Positions 53,831 to 63,736 are shown, numbered from the stretch's first letter. The stretch: 64,000 nucleotides of DNA from Acidimicrobiales bacterium (GCA_037620085.1 JASJMB010000042.1:20851-84850); one strand, 5' to 3'. The notes: a model not told the origin generated them from the letters alone. Program-made: numbers and translations.

Positions 53831-55585
53831 TTATCGCTGACCGCGGACGAGGCGTCCGGGTCGTGCACCAGTGTCGACGCCATTGCGGCGGGTGACGACA
53901 CCACTCACGATGGTGTTGACATAACCGGTTGCTCCTTGGAGCAACCGCTTTCCGCCGGCGGGAAGGTCATAGGCCATGTGTGGCCGACCAACCTCGATGC
54001 GGTTCATGTCGATGATATTGATGTCGCCCTTCTTGCCTTCGGCGATCACACCGCGATCGTTGAGGCCATAGAGGGTTGCGGTATCGAGCGACTGCTTCTT
54101 GACCACGTACTCAAGTGGAAGGCCTGGTCCCCGGGTGCGTGCGCCTTCCTTTGCCCAGAAGGAAAGGAGGTAAGTGGGGTAGGACGCGTCACAAATCATT
54201 GCGCAGTGAGCGCCACCATCAGAAAGGCCAGCAACACCAGCGGGGTGGAGCAGCATTTCGCGCACGGCGTCTTGATTGCCCTCTGAATAGTTGAAGAACG
54301 GCACCATCGACATTGCCCCAGCGTTGTGTTCGCTGTAGGTGTCGTACAACACCTCGAGCGGATCGCGTCCTTGTACCTTTGCGATCGCCGCAATGGTTTT
54401 GTCGGGGGTTGGCTCGTAATCAACTGGAGAGCCAAGCGAGTACGTGCGATCGACCATTCCCTGTGCGAGGGAGTTCATCCCGTCGAACAAAACATTGGGG
54501 TCGGAAGGAAGGTCGGTTTCAGAAAGGATCTTGGCCTTGACTGCAGGCTTCAGAAGTTCAGCGGCGAGTTCCTCGTGAGACAACTTGGCGCGTAGTTCGA
54601 CATAGGTCGGACGCTTTGAGAAGGCATGGTGTCCGGGGAAGCCGAGCAGCATGCCGAATGGGCGTGCCGCGACCTGCGGGTAGATCGGGGCGCCGGCGTC
54701 GTGAGCAGCAAGCGACTCGGCCATGATTTCGCGCCACAGATCAGGAGCGGCATCTACCTGAATGAGTGCGAAGGAAACTGGGCAATCGATGTCAGCGGCG
54801 AGACGCTTCATCCACTCGACTTCAGTTTTCGGCGCAATGATGTCTTCACCGGCTGCACCCATAGGCGCGAGTTCAAACACTGAAGCGCCGCCGCGTGCCA
54901 TTGCACGACCAAGGCCAAAAAGTTCGTCTTCGGCAGCAAAGGTGCCGGGAACTGGTTCGCCATTCATGGCGCGATGGCCGAGTGTGCGTGATGTGGAGAA
55001 GCCGAGAGCACCGGCTTCGACAGCTTCGGTAACGTACTTACCCATGAGGTCGATGTCCTCGGACGAGGCTGCCTCGTTTCGTGCGCCGCGCTCACCCATG
55101 ACGTAGGTGCGAACCGCACTATGGGCGATCTGCACACCGAAGTCGACGGCGAGATCAAGTTCTTCGAGTTTGTCGAGATAACCGGGGAACGATTCCCAAC
55201 CCCAAGTCATACCTTCGGTGAGGGCAGTGCCAGGAATGTCCTCGACGCCTTCCATAAGTTCAATGAGAGCGTCTTCATAACCAGGACGAACCGGAGCAAA
55301 GCCGACACCGCAGTTGCCACTCACGATGGTGGTGACGCCGTGTTGGCTCGAAGGCTCAAGGAGTCCGTCCCATGTGACCTGACCGTCGTAATGGGTATGA
55401 ATATCGACGAAGCCGGGAGCCACGATCATGCCGGTGGCATCGATAACTTCGGCTGCATCGCCTTGGAGTCCTCCTCCGCGCTGCACTGCCACGATGACAC
55501 CGTTAGTGATGGCGATATCGCCCACGAAACGGTCGGCTCCGGTGCCGTCGACGATTGTGCCATTGGTGATCTTGAGATCGAACAT
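53831..55585 (-). CDS. N-acyl-D-amino-acid deacylase family amidohydrolase
   Basis: PGFVDIHTHYD, GNCGVGFAP, GFSTSRT, LSDGGAH, GARPGRLVR. Confidence 0.92.
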   Translation of the reverse strand: MFDLKITNGTIVDGTGADRFVGDIAITNGVIVAVQRGGGLQGDAAEVIDATGMIVAPGFVDIHTHYDGQVTWDGLLEPSSQHGVTTIVSGNCGVGFAPVRPGYEDALIELMEGVEDIPGTALTEGMTWGWESFPGYLDKLEELDLAVDFGVQIAHSAVRTYVMGERGARNEAASSEDIDLMGKYVTEAVEAGALGFSTSRTLGHRAMNGEPVPGTFAAEDELFGLGRAMARGGASVFELAPMGAAGEDIIAPKTEVEWMKRLAADIDCPVSFALIQVDAAPDLWREIMAESLAAHDAGAPIYPQVAARPFGMLLGFPGHHAFSKRPTYVELRAKLSHEELAAELLKPAVKAKILSETDLPSDPNVLFDGMNSLAQGMVDRTYSLGSPVDYEPTPDKTIAAIAKVQGRDPLEVLYDTYSEHNAGAMSMVPFFNYSEGNQDAVREMLLHPAGVAGLSDGGAHCAMICDASYPTYLLSFWAKEGARTRGPGLPLEYVVKKQSLDTATLYGLNDRGVIAEGKKGDINIIDMNRIEVGRPHMAYDLPAGGKRLLQGATGYVNTIVSGVVTRRNGVDTGARPGRLVRGQR

Positions 55586-55692
55586 GATGTTCCCCCTTCG
55601 GAAAACTCAAACGCTACTACTTGGTCCCGCGGTTATTCCTATAGCGCTTCATGACCCTGCTGATCGGGGTTTTTTGGCGAGTCTGTCGTTCG

Positions 55693-56514
55693 CTAAGGGC
55701 GAGAACTGCCATCGAGGTTTCGTACCTCGAGGCCAAATTCTTCGATGTTGTCGAGGCTGACGGTGACACGGCCAGTGATATCGGGTGGGCAATCGCAAAG
55801 TACGAGTGTTCCTTCGACCATGGCTTCCATCGATTCGATCTGATCGGGACGCAAACGATCACCCACAATGGCGGCGGCGCCCTCAGAGAGCACCGCGGCG
55901 CGAGGTTCGACCGTGTTGACGCGCACACCGGTTCCGTAGAGCTCCATTGCGAGACCGTTGCTGATTCGGTTCAGCGCAGCTTTTGATGCTCCATAGGCAG
56001 AGATGTTGGGCGAGCTTGGTTCGATCGGGTCCGAAGGTCCGCCCCAGAACTTGGCACTGCCGCTCGACAAATTCACGATCCAACCTTCGCCGGCTTCCAC
56101 CATTGCCGGTGCAACGGCAAGAGCGAGATCGGTTGGAGCGTTCACATTGACTTCAAACATGATGTTGCGGCGCTTCACTGAGAATCCCGTGAGAGGTGCC
56201 TGGATCGAAGCCGCCGCATTGTTCACGAGGATTTCGATGTGACCTCCAAGCGCTTCCGTTGCTTCGGGGATGACTCGAAGTCGATCAATAGGGTCAGTGA
56301 GATCGGCCACCACAATGGCCACGGTCGTGCCATAACGGGCAAGCCGGTCGCGGGTGGCGTTGAGGCTTCCCTCGAGGGTGTCGTGCTGGTCAAGCGTGCG
56401 TGCAGTGAGCACAATATTTGCGCCTTCTGCGGCCATTCGCTCAGCAATTGCTGCGCCAATACCTCTGCTTGAACCAGTGACCACGACACGGCGGCCTTCG
56501 AAGCGACCGGCCAT
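55693..56514 (-). CDS. SDR oxidoreductase
   Basis: TGSSRGIG, EGSLNAT insert, NNAA, YGASK; TGATG coupling to the upstream gene. Confidence 0.9.
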   Translation of the reverse strand: MAGRFEGRRVVVTGSSRGIGAAIAERMAAEGANIVLTARTLDQHDTLEGSLNATRDRLARYGTTVAIVVADLTDPIDRLRVIPEATEALGGHIEILVNNAAASIQAPLTGFSVKRRNIMFEVNVNAPTDLALAVAPAMVEAGEGWIVNLSSGSAKFWGGPSDPIEPSSPNISAYGASKAALNRISNGLAMELYGTGVRVNTVEPRAAVLSEGAAAIVGDRLRPDQIESMEAMVEGTLVLCDCPPDITGRVTVSLDNIEEFGLEVRNLDGSSRP

Positions 56515-57746
56515 CACAAACCCTTTTCTGCAACGAATCCGTCGATGCATTCGCCGATGTAATTGCAGTCGTCGTCAGAGAGTGAATGATTGTTGGGAAC
56601 GATGAGACCCCATTCCATGACGCGGTCGGCATTGGGAAGGCCATCGGAAGGAACGCGGAACTCCTGACCGCGAAGCATTGGTTGGCGAGTGATGTTCCCC
56701 GTCCACACCATTCGGGTGTCGACCCCGTGGGATTCCATCCACTGCTGAAGATCGGCGCGGCGGATGCCTGAATCGGGATGAATAATGAACGGGAACATAT
56801 GCCATCCCGTTTCGATGCCGTCGGTCAGTTGAGGAAGGATGAAAAGGTGGGGGTACTTGGCAAGATGAGAACTCGTGATCGCAAAACTGCGTTGGCGACG
56901 GGCAAGGTTTTCGTCCAACTTGTCCAGCTGAACAAGTCCAAATGCGGCCGAGAGTTCTGAAGGTTCAAAGTTCCAACCATTTTCATCGAAGATGAAAATG
57001 TTGTCGTATTCGAGCCCGTCGTCGAGGGCGCTAAAGAAGCGGTTTTCTTTACCCTTTAGTGAGCCAAAAAGTTGAAGTTCAGAGCGACGACCCCAACGAC
57101 GGAACAACAATGCGCGGTCAGCGAGTTCGTCATTGTCGAAACACACCATGCCGCCGGTTCCCGCGGCAGTGATGATGTGAGAGAGGGCGAAACTGGTGAG
57201 CGAAATATCGGCACGAGTGCCGGTTGGAGTTCCTCGCAATGTTTGTCCAAGTGCATCACATGAGTCTTCGATAACGAGCAGGTTGTGCTCGTCGGCGATT
57301 CCGCGGATTACATCCCAATCGGGGCAGTTGCCAATCAGGTTCGGCGCCATGATTGCCCGCGTCTTGGGCGTAATCATCTCGGCAATCCGATTCACGTCGA
57401 TCTGGAACGTGTCTGGTGTGACATCGACGAAGACGGGAACCGCGCCTTTGCGCACGACTGGCGCCACGTCGGTGGAGAAGGTCACCGCACTCGTGACGAT
57501 TTCATCTCCAGGTTGAAGGTCGATGGCTTCGTAAGCGAGGTACAACGCAGAACTTCCGGAGTTGCACATGACGCCGCGCTTCTTTTCAAAGAGGTCGGCA
57601 ATACGACGTTCCATGGCTTTGACGTTCTTTCCGATACGCATGGACGTCGGCCCACCGCGAAGAACTTCGACAACGGCTTCGATCTCCCGTTCATCGTGTA
57701 CTGATCCGGCGTAATCGATGCGGCGTTCGCTGTTGATACGGCTCAT
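56514..57746 (-). CDS. DegT/DnrJ-family PLP enzyme with His in place of the catalytic Lys (ColD/RfbH 3-dehydratase-like)
   Basis: NSGSSAL, GDEIVT, PNLIGN, IEDSCDALG, SFALSHIITAAGTGGM, RRWGR, GWNF, GNITRQP. Confidence 0.88.
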   Translation of the reverse strand: MSRINSERRIDYAGSVHDEREIEAVVEVLRGGPTSMRIGKNVKAMERRIADLFEKKRGVMCNSGSSALYLAYEAIDLQPGDEIVTSAVTFSTDVAPVVRKGAVPVFVDVTPDTFQIDVNRIAEMITPKTRAIMAPNLIGNCPDWDVIRGIADEHNLLVIEDSCDALGQTLRGTPTGTRADISLTSFALSHIITAAGTGGMVCFDNDELADRALLFRRWGRRSELQLFGSLKGKENRFFSALDDGLEYDNIFIFDENGWNFEPSELSAAFGLVQLDKLDENLARRQRSFAITSSHLAKYPHLFILPQLTDGIETGWHMFPFIIHPDSGIRRADLQQWMESHGVDTRMVWTGNITRQPMLRGQEFRVPSDGLPNADRVMEWGLIVPNNHSLSDDDCNYIGECIDGFVAEKGL

Positions 57747-58228
57747 GGTTGCTCCTTGGCGGTGAGTGTGTCGGTTCGTATTGGTGTTGATCGAAGATCG
57801 GCGACCAGTTGGTCAACGAGTCGCACAAGTGCGGTGCAGTCCTGCTGAGACCAATCGCCGAGTACGTCAGTCATCTGTTCGACACGCAGGCCAACGATGC
57901 GGTCGTGGGCGCGACGTCCTTTGGCAGTCAGCCGAGCGACGGCGAGACGAGCATCGTCTGGGTCAGTAACGCGTTCAACGAGTTCGGCGTCTTCAAGAAC
58001 GCGAACCTGTCGGTTCGCAGCAGCGGGGTCCATTGAGCAACGACGGGCGAGCTGTCCCATTGGCATCTCACCTGAATCGGCAAGAGAGCGCAGGATCGCG
58101 TACCCGGCGCGAGTGACGTCAACGCCGATGGTTGCAGTCTGGCGATGGTGCACGGCTCGGTTCACGGTGAGCCGAAAGAGTCGTTCCAGTGATCGTTCAG
58201 CGTCAGCGACAGATGGCGGGGTGGGCAC
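57743..58228 (-). CDS. MarR-family regulator
   Basis: LARRCSMDPAAANRQVRVLE, DPDDAR, LTAKG; ATGA overlap with the DegT gene. Confidence 0.92.
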   Translation of the reverse strand: MPTPPSVADAERSLERLFRLTVNRAVHHRQTATIGVDVTRAGYAILRSLADSGEMPMGQLARRCSMDPAAANRQVRVLEDAELVERVTDPDDARLAVARLTAKGRRAHDRIVGLRVEQMTDVLGDWSQQDCTALVRLVDQLVADLRSTPIRTDTLTAKEQP

Positions 58229-58323
58229 GCGTGCGACCGTACGGCAGGTAGTGGACTATGTCAATGTTCTTGAACCTCGCGATCTTGGCGCCGAGGATCG
58301 GTGATTCTGGACCAAAATGCCCT

Positions 58324-59886
58324 ATGACCGACGTATCCGCCACGAATCATCCCGCTCGCGCAGGGCTCGTACTTGGCTCGCTGATCCTGGTGGCGACCGT
58401 TGCGAACCTGAACCTCTCTGTGGCAAATGTTGCCCTGCCAGATATCGGACGCCACTTCGATGCCTCGCAAACTGGCCTCAATCTGGTGGCAGTTGCCTAC
58501 TCACTCGGGCTTGCGGCCTCGGTCCTCTGGCTCGGAGCCGTGGGCGATCGTCATGGTCGCAAGATGATGCTGCTTGTTGGCACCGGGCTCGCCGTTCCCG
58601 CATCGATCTTGGCCGCGTGGGCACCAAGCCTCGAGGTTCTGATTTGTGCCCGGATCTTGGGCGGTCTTGCCGCGGGCATGGCATTCCCCACGACGTTGTC
58701 ACTGATTGCAGCATTGTGGAGTGGTCCGGCTCGAACGAAAGCGATTGCACTTTGGTCGGCACTTGGCGGTGCGATGGCCGCACTTGGTCCGTTGACTGCA
58801 GGCGCGGTGCTTATGTATTTTTGGTGGGGCTCGGTCTTTCTCATCACACTTCCTCTGGCTGCAGTTGCCTTTCTCGGCGCGTGGAGATTTGTTCCATCAC
58901 ATGTCCATGAGTCGACCGAACCGGTAGACAACCTCGGTGGCATTCTTTCCGTTGTCATGGTGGGTGCTGTGGTGCTGGCAATAAGCTTTGCGCCGGAACC
59001 AGAGATGATGACGCAGGCTCTGATCTTCGCCATCGTCGGCGCAGCGGCGGTCGGCGCTTTCGTTCTTCGTCAGCGACGGGTGGAAGTGCCGCTCTACGAC
59101 TTGCAGTATGCGAGTCGTAGGCCATTTTGGGTCGCAGCAATTGCGGGAATTTTGGTCTTTGGTTCTCTTATGGGGGCCATGTTTGTTGGGCAGCAATATC
59201 TGCAGAATGTCCTTGGGTATTCGACATGGACCGCGGGATTGAGCGTGTTGCCGGCAGCCTTTGTGATGGTGCTGTTGGCGCCGCATTCAGCAAATCTCAT
59301 CGAAAAATATGGGTCACGCGTAACGCTGATGCTTGGTTACGTCGCTTGCATGTTGGGATTCGGCGTCATGCTGTTTCTTTGGAACGAACGTTCATCGTTT
59401 GCCATGGTCAGCTTGGGCTATGTGTTCCTGGGAGCGGGCGTCGCATTGGCCGGAACCCCGGCCTCGCGTGCGCTTACAAGTGCGGTGCCGGTGCGAAAAG
59501 CCGGCATGGCTTCGGCAACGGCGGATCTACAGCGTGATCTTGGTGGAGCGATCATGCAATCGATTTTCGGTGCACTATTGACAGCCGGTTATGTGAAGTC
59601 TTTCGATTCGCAGATTGAGTCCACGCCTCAGACGGCGACTATCTCTGACCAAGTTGTGGGTCAGCTGACTCGGTCATTCTCGAGTGCAGAAAACGTCGCA
59701 TCGGCCTATCCGCAATATGCATCGCAGATAACGAACGCAGCCCGAGATTCATTCCTTGATGGCCAACACTGGGCGTTTGCTGCTGGGACGTTCGCCATGG
59801 CGCTCGGGATGGCGTTGGTGTGGTTCGCCTACCCGAAAAAAGAACAAGAAGTCGCAATGTTTGCGGAGTATCAAGCCGTAGATTGA
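58324..59886 (+). CDS. MFS efflux transporter, DHA2 family
   Basis: NVALPDI, GAVGDRHGRK, FPTTLS, WWGSVFL, 14-TM pattern. Confidence 0.92.
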   Translation: MTDVSATNHPARAGLVLGSLILVATVANLNLSVANVALPDIGRHFDASQTGLNLVAVAYSLGLAASVLWLGAVGDRHGRKMMLLVGTGLAVPASILAAWAPSLEVLICARILGGLAAGMAFPTTLSLIAALWSGPARTKAIALWSALGGAMAALGPLTAGAVLMYFWWGSVFLITLPLAAVAFLGAWRFVPSHVHESTEPVDNLGGILSVVMVGAVVLAISFAPEPEMMTQALIFAIVGAAAVGAFVLRQRRVEVPLYDLQYASRRPFWVAAIAGILVFGSLMGAMFVGQQYLQNVLGYSTWTAGLSVLPAAFVMVLLAPHSANLIEKYGSRVTLMLGYVACMLGFGVMLFLWNERSSFAMVSLGYVFLGAGVALAGTPASRALTSAVPVRKAGMASATADLQRDLGGAIMQSIFGALLTAGYVKSFDSQIESTPQTATISDQVVGQLTRSFSSAENVASAYPQYASQITNAARDSFLDGQHWAFAAGTFAMALGMALVWFAYPKKEQEVAMFAEYQAVD

Positions 59887-59930
59887 GTCGATTGAGACTT
59901 CTCCTCTCCACGAGAGATTCCTCTGACGCG

Positions 59931-59969
59931 AAGAAGCCGCCGACCAATTCAGGTCGACGGCTTCTTTTT
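59931..59969. terminator. Bidirectional terminator between the MFS and P450 genes
   Basis: AAGAAGCCGCCGACC-aattca-GGTCGACGGCTTCTTTTT. Confidence 0.75.
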
Positions 59970-59991
59970 GTAACTATCGAAGTGACAGTGC

Positions 59992-61245
59992 TTACGCAGT
60001 TACGAACGGTGCGGGGTTGCGACGAGCACCAGCGCTGTAGGTGACCGGCATGTGCTTGACGCCACCGATGAAGTTTGAGCGCAGGATCTCGACATCACCA
60101 GCAAGGCGCATGTCGGGAATTCGCTCCATGATCTCGCGGAAGATCAGTTTGAGTTCCATGCGGGCGAGATTGGCGCCGAGGCAGAAATGCTGGCCACCGC
60201 CACCGAACGCGATGTGCTCGTTCGGGAAACGCTCGATGTTGAACTGATAGGGATCATCGAAGACCTCTTCGTCACGATCGGCACTGATATGCCACATGAC
60301 GACCTTGTCGCCCTTTTTGATTTCCTTGTCACCAATGATTGTGTCGTCCAAGGCGGTGCGGCGGAAGTGGTACACCGGCGTTGCCCAGCGAAGGACTTCC
60401 TCGATCGCTTGATCGATCTTTCCGTCGATGTCGCCAGTGAGCGCAGCGTATTGATCTGGGTTCTGCATGAGAGCCCACATGCCCCACGATGTGGTGTTTC
60501 GAGTGGTCTCGTTGCCGGCGACGGTCAGCAGCACCATGAACATGTCGAACTCGAGTTCGCTCATCTTGTCGCCCTCGATCTCGGAATTGATCAACTTCGT
60601 GATGATGTCTTCACGAGGGTCGTTTGCTCGCTCCTTACCGAGTTGGTTGACATAGGAGTAGAGCTCGACCATGGCCGAAGCATTGTCCTCGTTGGCGTAC
60701 TCGGGATCGTCGAGGCCGATCATGCGGTTCGACCAGTCGAACAGCATCATGCGGTCTTCCTGCGGGACACCCATGATTTCGGCGATGGCCTGGAGGGGGA
60801 GTTCCGATGCCAGATCAACAACAAAGTCACACGAACCGCGTTCGATGATGTTGTCAACGATAAGGATGGCGCGGTGCTGGAGATACTTCTCAAGCATTCC
60901 GATCATTCGTGGTGTGAATCCCTTGTTGACCAGCAAGCGATACCGGGTGTGCTTCGGGGGATCCATGTAGAGCATCATGAGTCCGCGCGGGTCGTTGCCG
61001 CCGGCGCCACCAGCGAGCTCATCCGGGGTCAGGATGGAGATGCCACCGGCCTCGGAGGAAAATAAAGCGGTGTCACGATTCACCGTCAGAAGATCCTTGT
61101 GCTTCACGACGTTCCAGAACCCTTGGGCGCCTGGGTACTCGTGCCAACTGACCGGATCTTCGGCGCGCAGGCGGTCGAACATTTGGTAGTGCTCGAGTCG
61201 CTGGAAGCGGTCGAGGTCGAGGAGGTCGATTCCCTCAAGTGTCAT
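59992..61245 (-). CDS. Cytochrome P450 (CYP124/125/142-like)
   Basis: MDPPKHTRYR, AGNETTR, EEVLRW, FGGGGQHFCLGANLAR heme Cys. Confidence 0.95.
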   Translation of the reverse strand: MTLEGIDLLDLDRFQRLEHYQMFDRLRAEDPVSWHEYPGAQGFWNVVKHKDLLTVNRDTALFSSEAGGISILTPDELAGGAGGNDPRGLMMLYMDPPKHTRYRLLVNKGFTPRMIGMLEKYLQHRAILIVDNIIERGSCDFVVDLASELPLQAIAEIMGVPQEDRMMLFDWSNRMIGLDDPEYANEDNASAMVELYSYVNQLGKERANDPREDIITKLINSEIEGDKMSELEFDMFMVLLTVAGNETTRNTTSWGMWALMQNPDQYAALTGDIDGKIDQAIEEVLRWATPVYHFRRTALDDTIIGDKEIKKGDKVVMWHISADRDEEVFDDPYQFNIERFPNEHIAFGGGGQHFCLGANLARMELKLIFREIMERIPDMRLAGDVEILRSNFIGGVKHMPVTYSAGARRNPAPFVTA

Positions 61246-61481
61246 ACGGATCCCCTTGATCGGTGCTGAGACAGTCAGAAGACGTGCCTTCGGTGGCGAA
61301 ACCCTAATAGAGGGAGGTCATTGCGCCACCTTTCGCTTCCAAGTGGTGGTTGATGGGTTAGAGAATCCGGTTTTTGGAGTCCGATGGCTGTTTCGGGAAG
61401 GCGCCCGCTACCGTTTGAGAGACCGAATTTTTCGACTCCGCCATTTTGTAACGATCCCAGCCTGCCCAGCGGTTACCTTTT

Positions 61482-63707
61482 ATGAAGACACGCAAATCAT
61501 TCGTCGCCGCGCTTGTGGTCATCTTGGCAGTTGTCGCTGTCGGAGAGTCTTCAGTGGGGGCTGTCGCCGATGGACAGCAGTTCCGCCCATCGTTTGTTGG
61601 AGCTGCGTATTTCGCGCCGGGACAGGTGTACACCCAGAACTTCCCCGATCCCGATGTGGTCTGGGACGAGGCGACACAGAAGTACTACGCGTTTTCGACA
61701 ACTACCGGTGGCGTCTATGTGCCGGTGATGTCGTCGACCGATCTCGTGACGTGGACAGCTCGCACAAATCATGCAATCGCAAATCTCAACGGACAGTTCC
61801 ATGACGCGCTGCCCGACCCATCGCCCGCCGGAAGCACATGGACCTCTGGAGATCCGAGGTTTCCTGACGAGCTGTGGGCGCCGACGGTTGCGAAGTTGTC
61901 AGGGTCTGGAGTCAGCGCGTGGGTCATGTTCTATGCATTACGTGTGAATGCTGCTGGCAGGCATTGCATTGATTTCGCAACGAGTCAGACCCCTGATGGT
62001 CCCTATTCCTCGCCGAAACAATTCTTCTGCCCGGCGACGCCACTTGGAGCAATCGACCCGGACGTCTTCACCGATACGGCAACGGGTAAGACCTGGTTGA
62101 TGTGGCAGGACCAGGGTGAAGCGGGCAAGTACTGGTCCTCGCTTTGGATGCGAGAAATTTCACTCACGGGTGCGCAGTCGGTGGATTGGGCGGCCGGCAG
62201 CGCTCCTGTGTATCTCATGGACGCGGGAGCAGCGTGGGAAAACGGTGTTGCCGAGAATCCATCGATGGCGCGAACCTCCGATGGCGTTCCAACGTTGTTT
62301 TACTCCGGTGGTTTGTGGAATTCCAACGGCTATTCGGTGGGTATGGCCAAGTGCGGTCCGCTGCAGTTCAGCTGGACGCCAATTTGCTCTCGCGTTGGCT
62401 CTGGTCAGGTGATGTCTCGGCGTCAAGGGAAGACGGGAATTGGCGGTTCATCTGTCTTTCGCGGCGCCGGCAATGTTCTTTACGTTGCCAATCATTATTG
62501 GGAAGAAGGTCTTGACCCCAGTTACCCAGGAAATCAACGAAGACTTGTAGTGGATCGCGTCTATGAAACTCCCGGGGGCCTCGCATTTTCGAACGAACCG
62601 GGAGCAACCGGAGTAGCCGCGGCAAGCGGTTACGTCCCGGTTGGGCCGACGCGTGTTCTCGATACTCGTTCGGCACTCGGTACAACTTCAACGCGAATAC
62701 TCGAGCCGGGTGAAGTCTTTGTGCTCGGCTTGTCGGAACGAACGACAGCGACCACAACGTCGGTCACGATGAACGTCACGGTCGATGGAGCCACGAATAC
62801 TGGTTACCTTGCTGTGTACGCATGCGGTGATCCGCCAACGACATCAACACTCAACTATGTACCCGGTGCGGCTTCGACAAACCTTGTCACGGTCCGGCTG
62901 AATGCAAGTCGCAAAGTGTGTTTCTATTCTCAATCTTCAACTCACCTCATCGTGGACCTTCAAGGCCTGTATGACTCTTCGGTTTCCTCCGCAATAACTC
63001 CGGTAACCCCGACTCGAGTTCTCGACACGAGGCAATCGACGGCGGTTTCTGCCGATAGCCACGTGCCTGTTGCGATAGTTGGCTCGGCTGGAGTTCCATC
63101 TGGGGCAACAGCTGTGCTCATAAGCCTCAGTGCTGATGGCGCCAGTGGCTCTGGATATCTCACGGCATGGCAGTGCGGAGGTACTCGGCCAGCCGTGTCG
63201 AATGTGAATTATCAGTCGAAGCTGCCGTCAGGCAACGGCGCCATTATCCCGCTTTCTCCGGGCGGTTCGATCTGCATTTATTCGCTGCTTGGCACAAACG
63301 TCATCGTCGATGTTTTTGGTTATGTCGGGCCCTCGGGACAACGACTCAATATTTCGACACCAACCCGAGTGTTTGACTCGCGTTCGTCCATCGGGTTGGT
63401 CAGCGCTGGCCAGACGGTCCCCGTGCAGGTGACGGGTGCAGAAAAAGCAGCGGTGGGTTCAACCGCCGTTGAAGTCAACGTCACCGCCACTGATGCTCGA
63501 AACCCCGGGTGGGTTTCGGTATTTCCGTGCTCAGCTCCGCCGGATCCTGGCTCGGAAACCTCGGTGCTGAATCTTGTGACTGGTCAAACCAAAGCCGCAC
63601 ATGTTGTCGTGCCGGTCGGAACATCTGGACCAGACGCCGGGAAGATCTGTCTGCGTGCGCAAAACGCGACACAACTCATCGTGGATTTGTCTGGCGGCTA
63701 TAGCTAG
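61482..63707 (+). CDS. Secreted GH43-like glycoside hydrolase with three C-terminal PxRxxDTR-type repeat domains
   Basis: Signal peptide; NFPDP, LWAP, AIDP, AENP catalytic pattern; repeats starting GPTRVLDTR, TPTRVLDTR, TPTRVFDSR. Confidence 0.88.
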   Translation: MKTRKSFVAALVVILAVVAVGESSVGAVADGQQFRPSFVGAAYFAPGQVYTQNFPDPDVVWDEATQKYYAFSTTTGGVYVPVMSSTDLVTWTARTNHAIANLNGQFHDALPDPSPAGSTWTSGDPRFPDELWAPTVAKLSGSGVSAWVMFYALRVNAAGRHCIDFATSQTPDGPYSSPKQFFCPATPLGAIDPDVFTDTATGKTWLMWQDQGEAGKYWSSLWMREISLTGAQSVDWAAGSAPVYLMDAGAAWENGVAENPSMARTSDGVPTLFYSGGLWNSNGYSVGMAKCGPLQFSWTPICSRVGSGQVMSRRQGKTGIGGSSVFRGAGNVLYVANHYWEEGLDPSYPGNQRRLVVDRVYETPGGLAFSNEPGATGVAAASGYVPVGPTRVLDTRSALGTTSTRILEPGEVFVLGLSERTTATTTSVTMNVTVDGATNTGYLAVYACGDPPTTSTLNYVPGAASTNLVTVRLNASRKVCFYSQSSTHLIVDLQGLYDSSVSSAITPVTPTRVLDTRQSTAVSADSHVPVAIVGSAGVPSGATAVLISLSADGASGSGYLTAWQCGGTRPAVSNVNYQSKLPSGNGAIIPLSPGGSICIYSLLGTNVIVDVFGYVGPSGQRLNISTPTRVFDSRSSIGLVSAGQTVPVQVTGAEKAAVGSTAVEVNVTATDARNPGWVSVFPCSAPPDPGSETSVLNLVTGQTKAAHVVVPVGTSGPDAGKICLRAQNATQLIVDLSGGYS

Positions 63708-63722
63708 CCGAGCAGTCCTGCG

Positions 63723-63736
63723 TGGCACCCCCAACG
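63723..63736 (-). mobile_element. Putative att junction: 14-nt tRNA-Glu-like 3' end
   Basis: Minus strand CGTTGGGGGTGCCA matches a T-stem 3' arm, acceptor 3' arm, discriminator and CCA, without the rest of the tRNA. Confidence 0.55.

Noticed and set aside
45113-56514. Mycofactocin-dependent SDR cluster or natural-product BGC
   Set aside because: No TGAARGQG-type SDRs, no mft genes, and no PKS/NRPS/RiPP core gene
43058-63700. Island integrated at tRNA-Gln covering the catabolic block
   Set aside because: No duplicate of the tRNA-Gln 3' end and no integrase; the fragment at 63723 has a different sequence and opposite orientation
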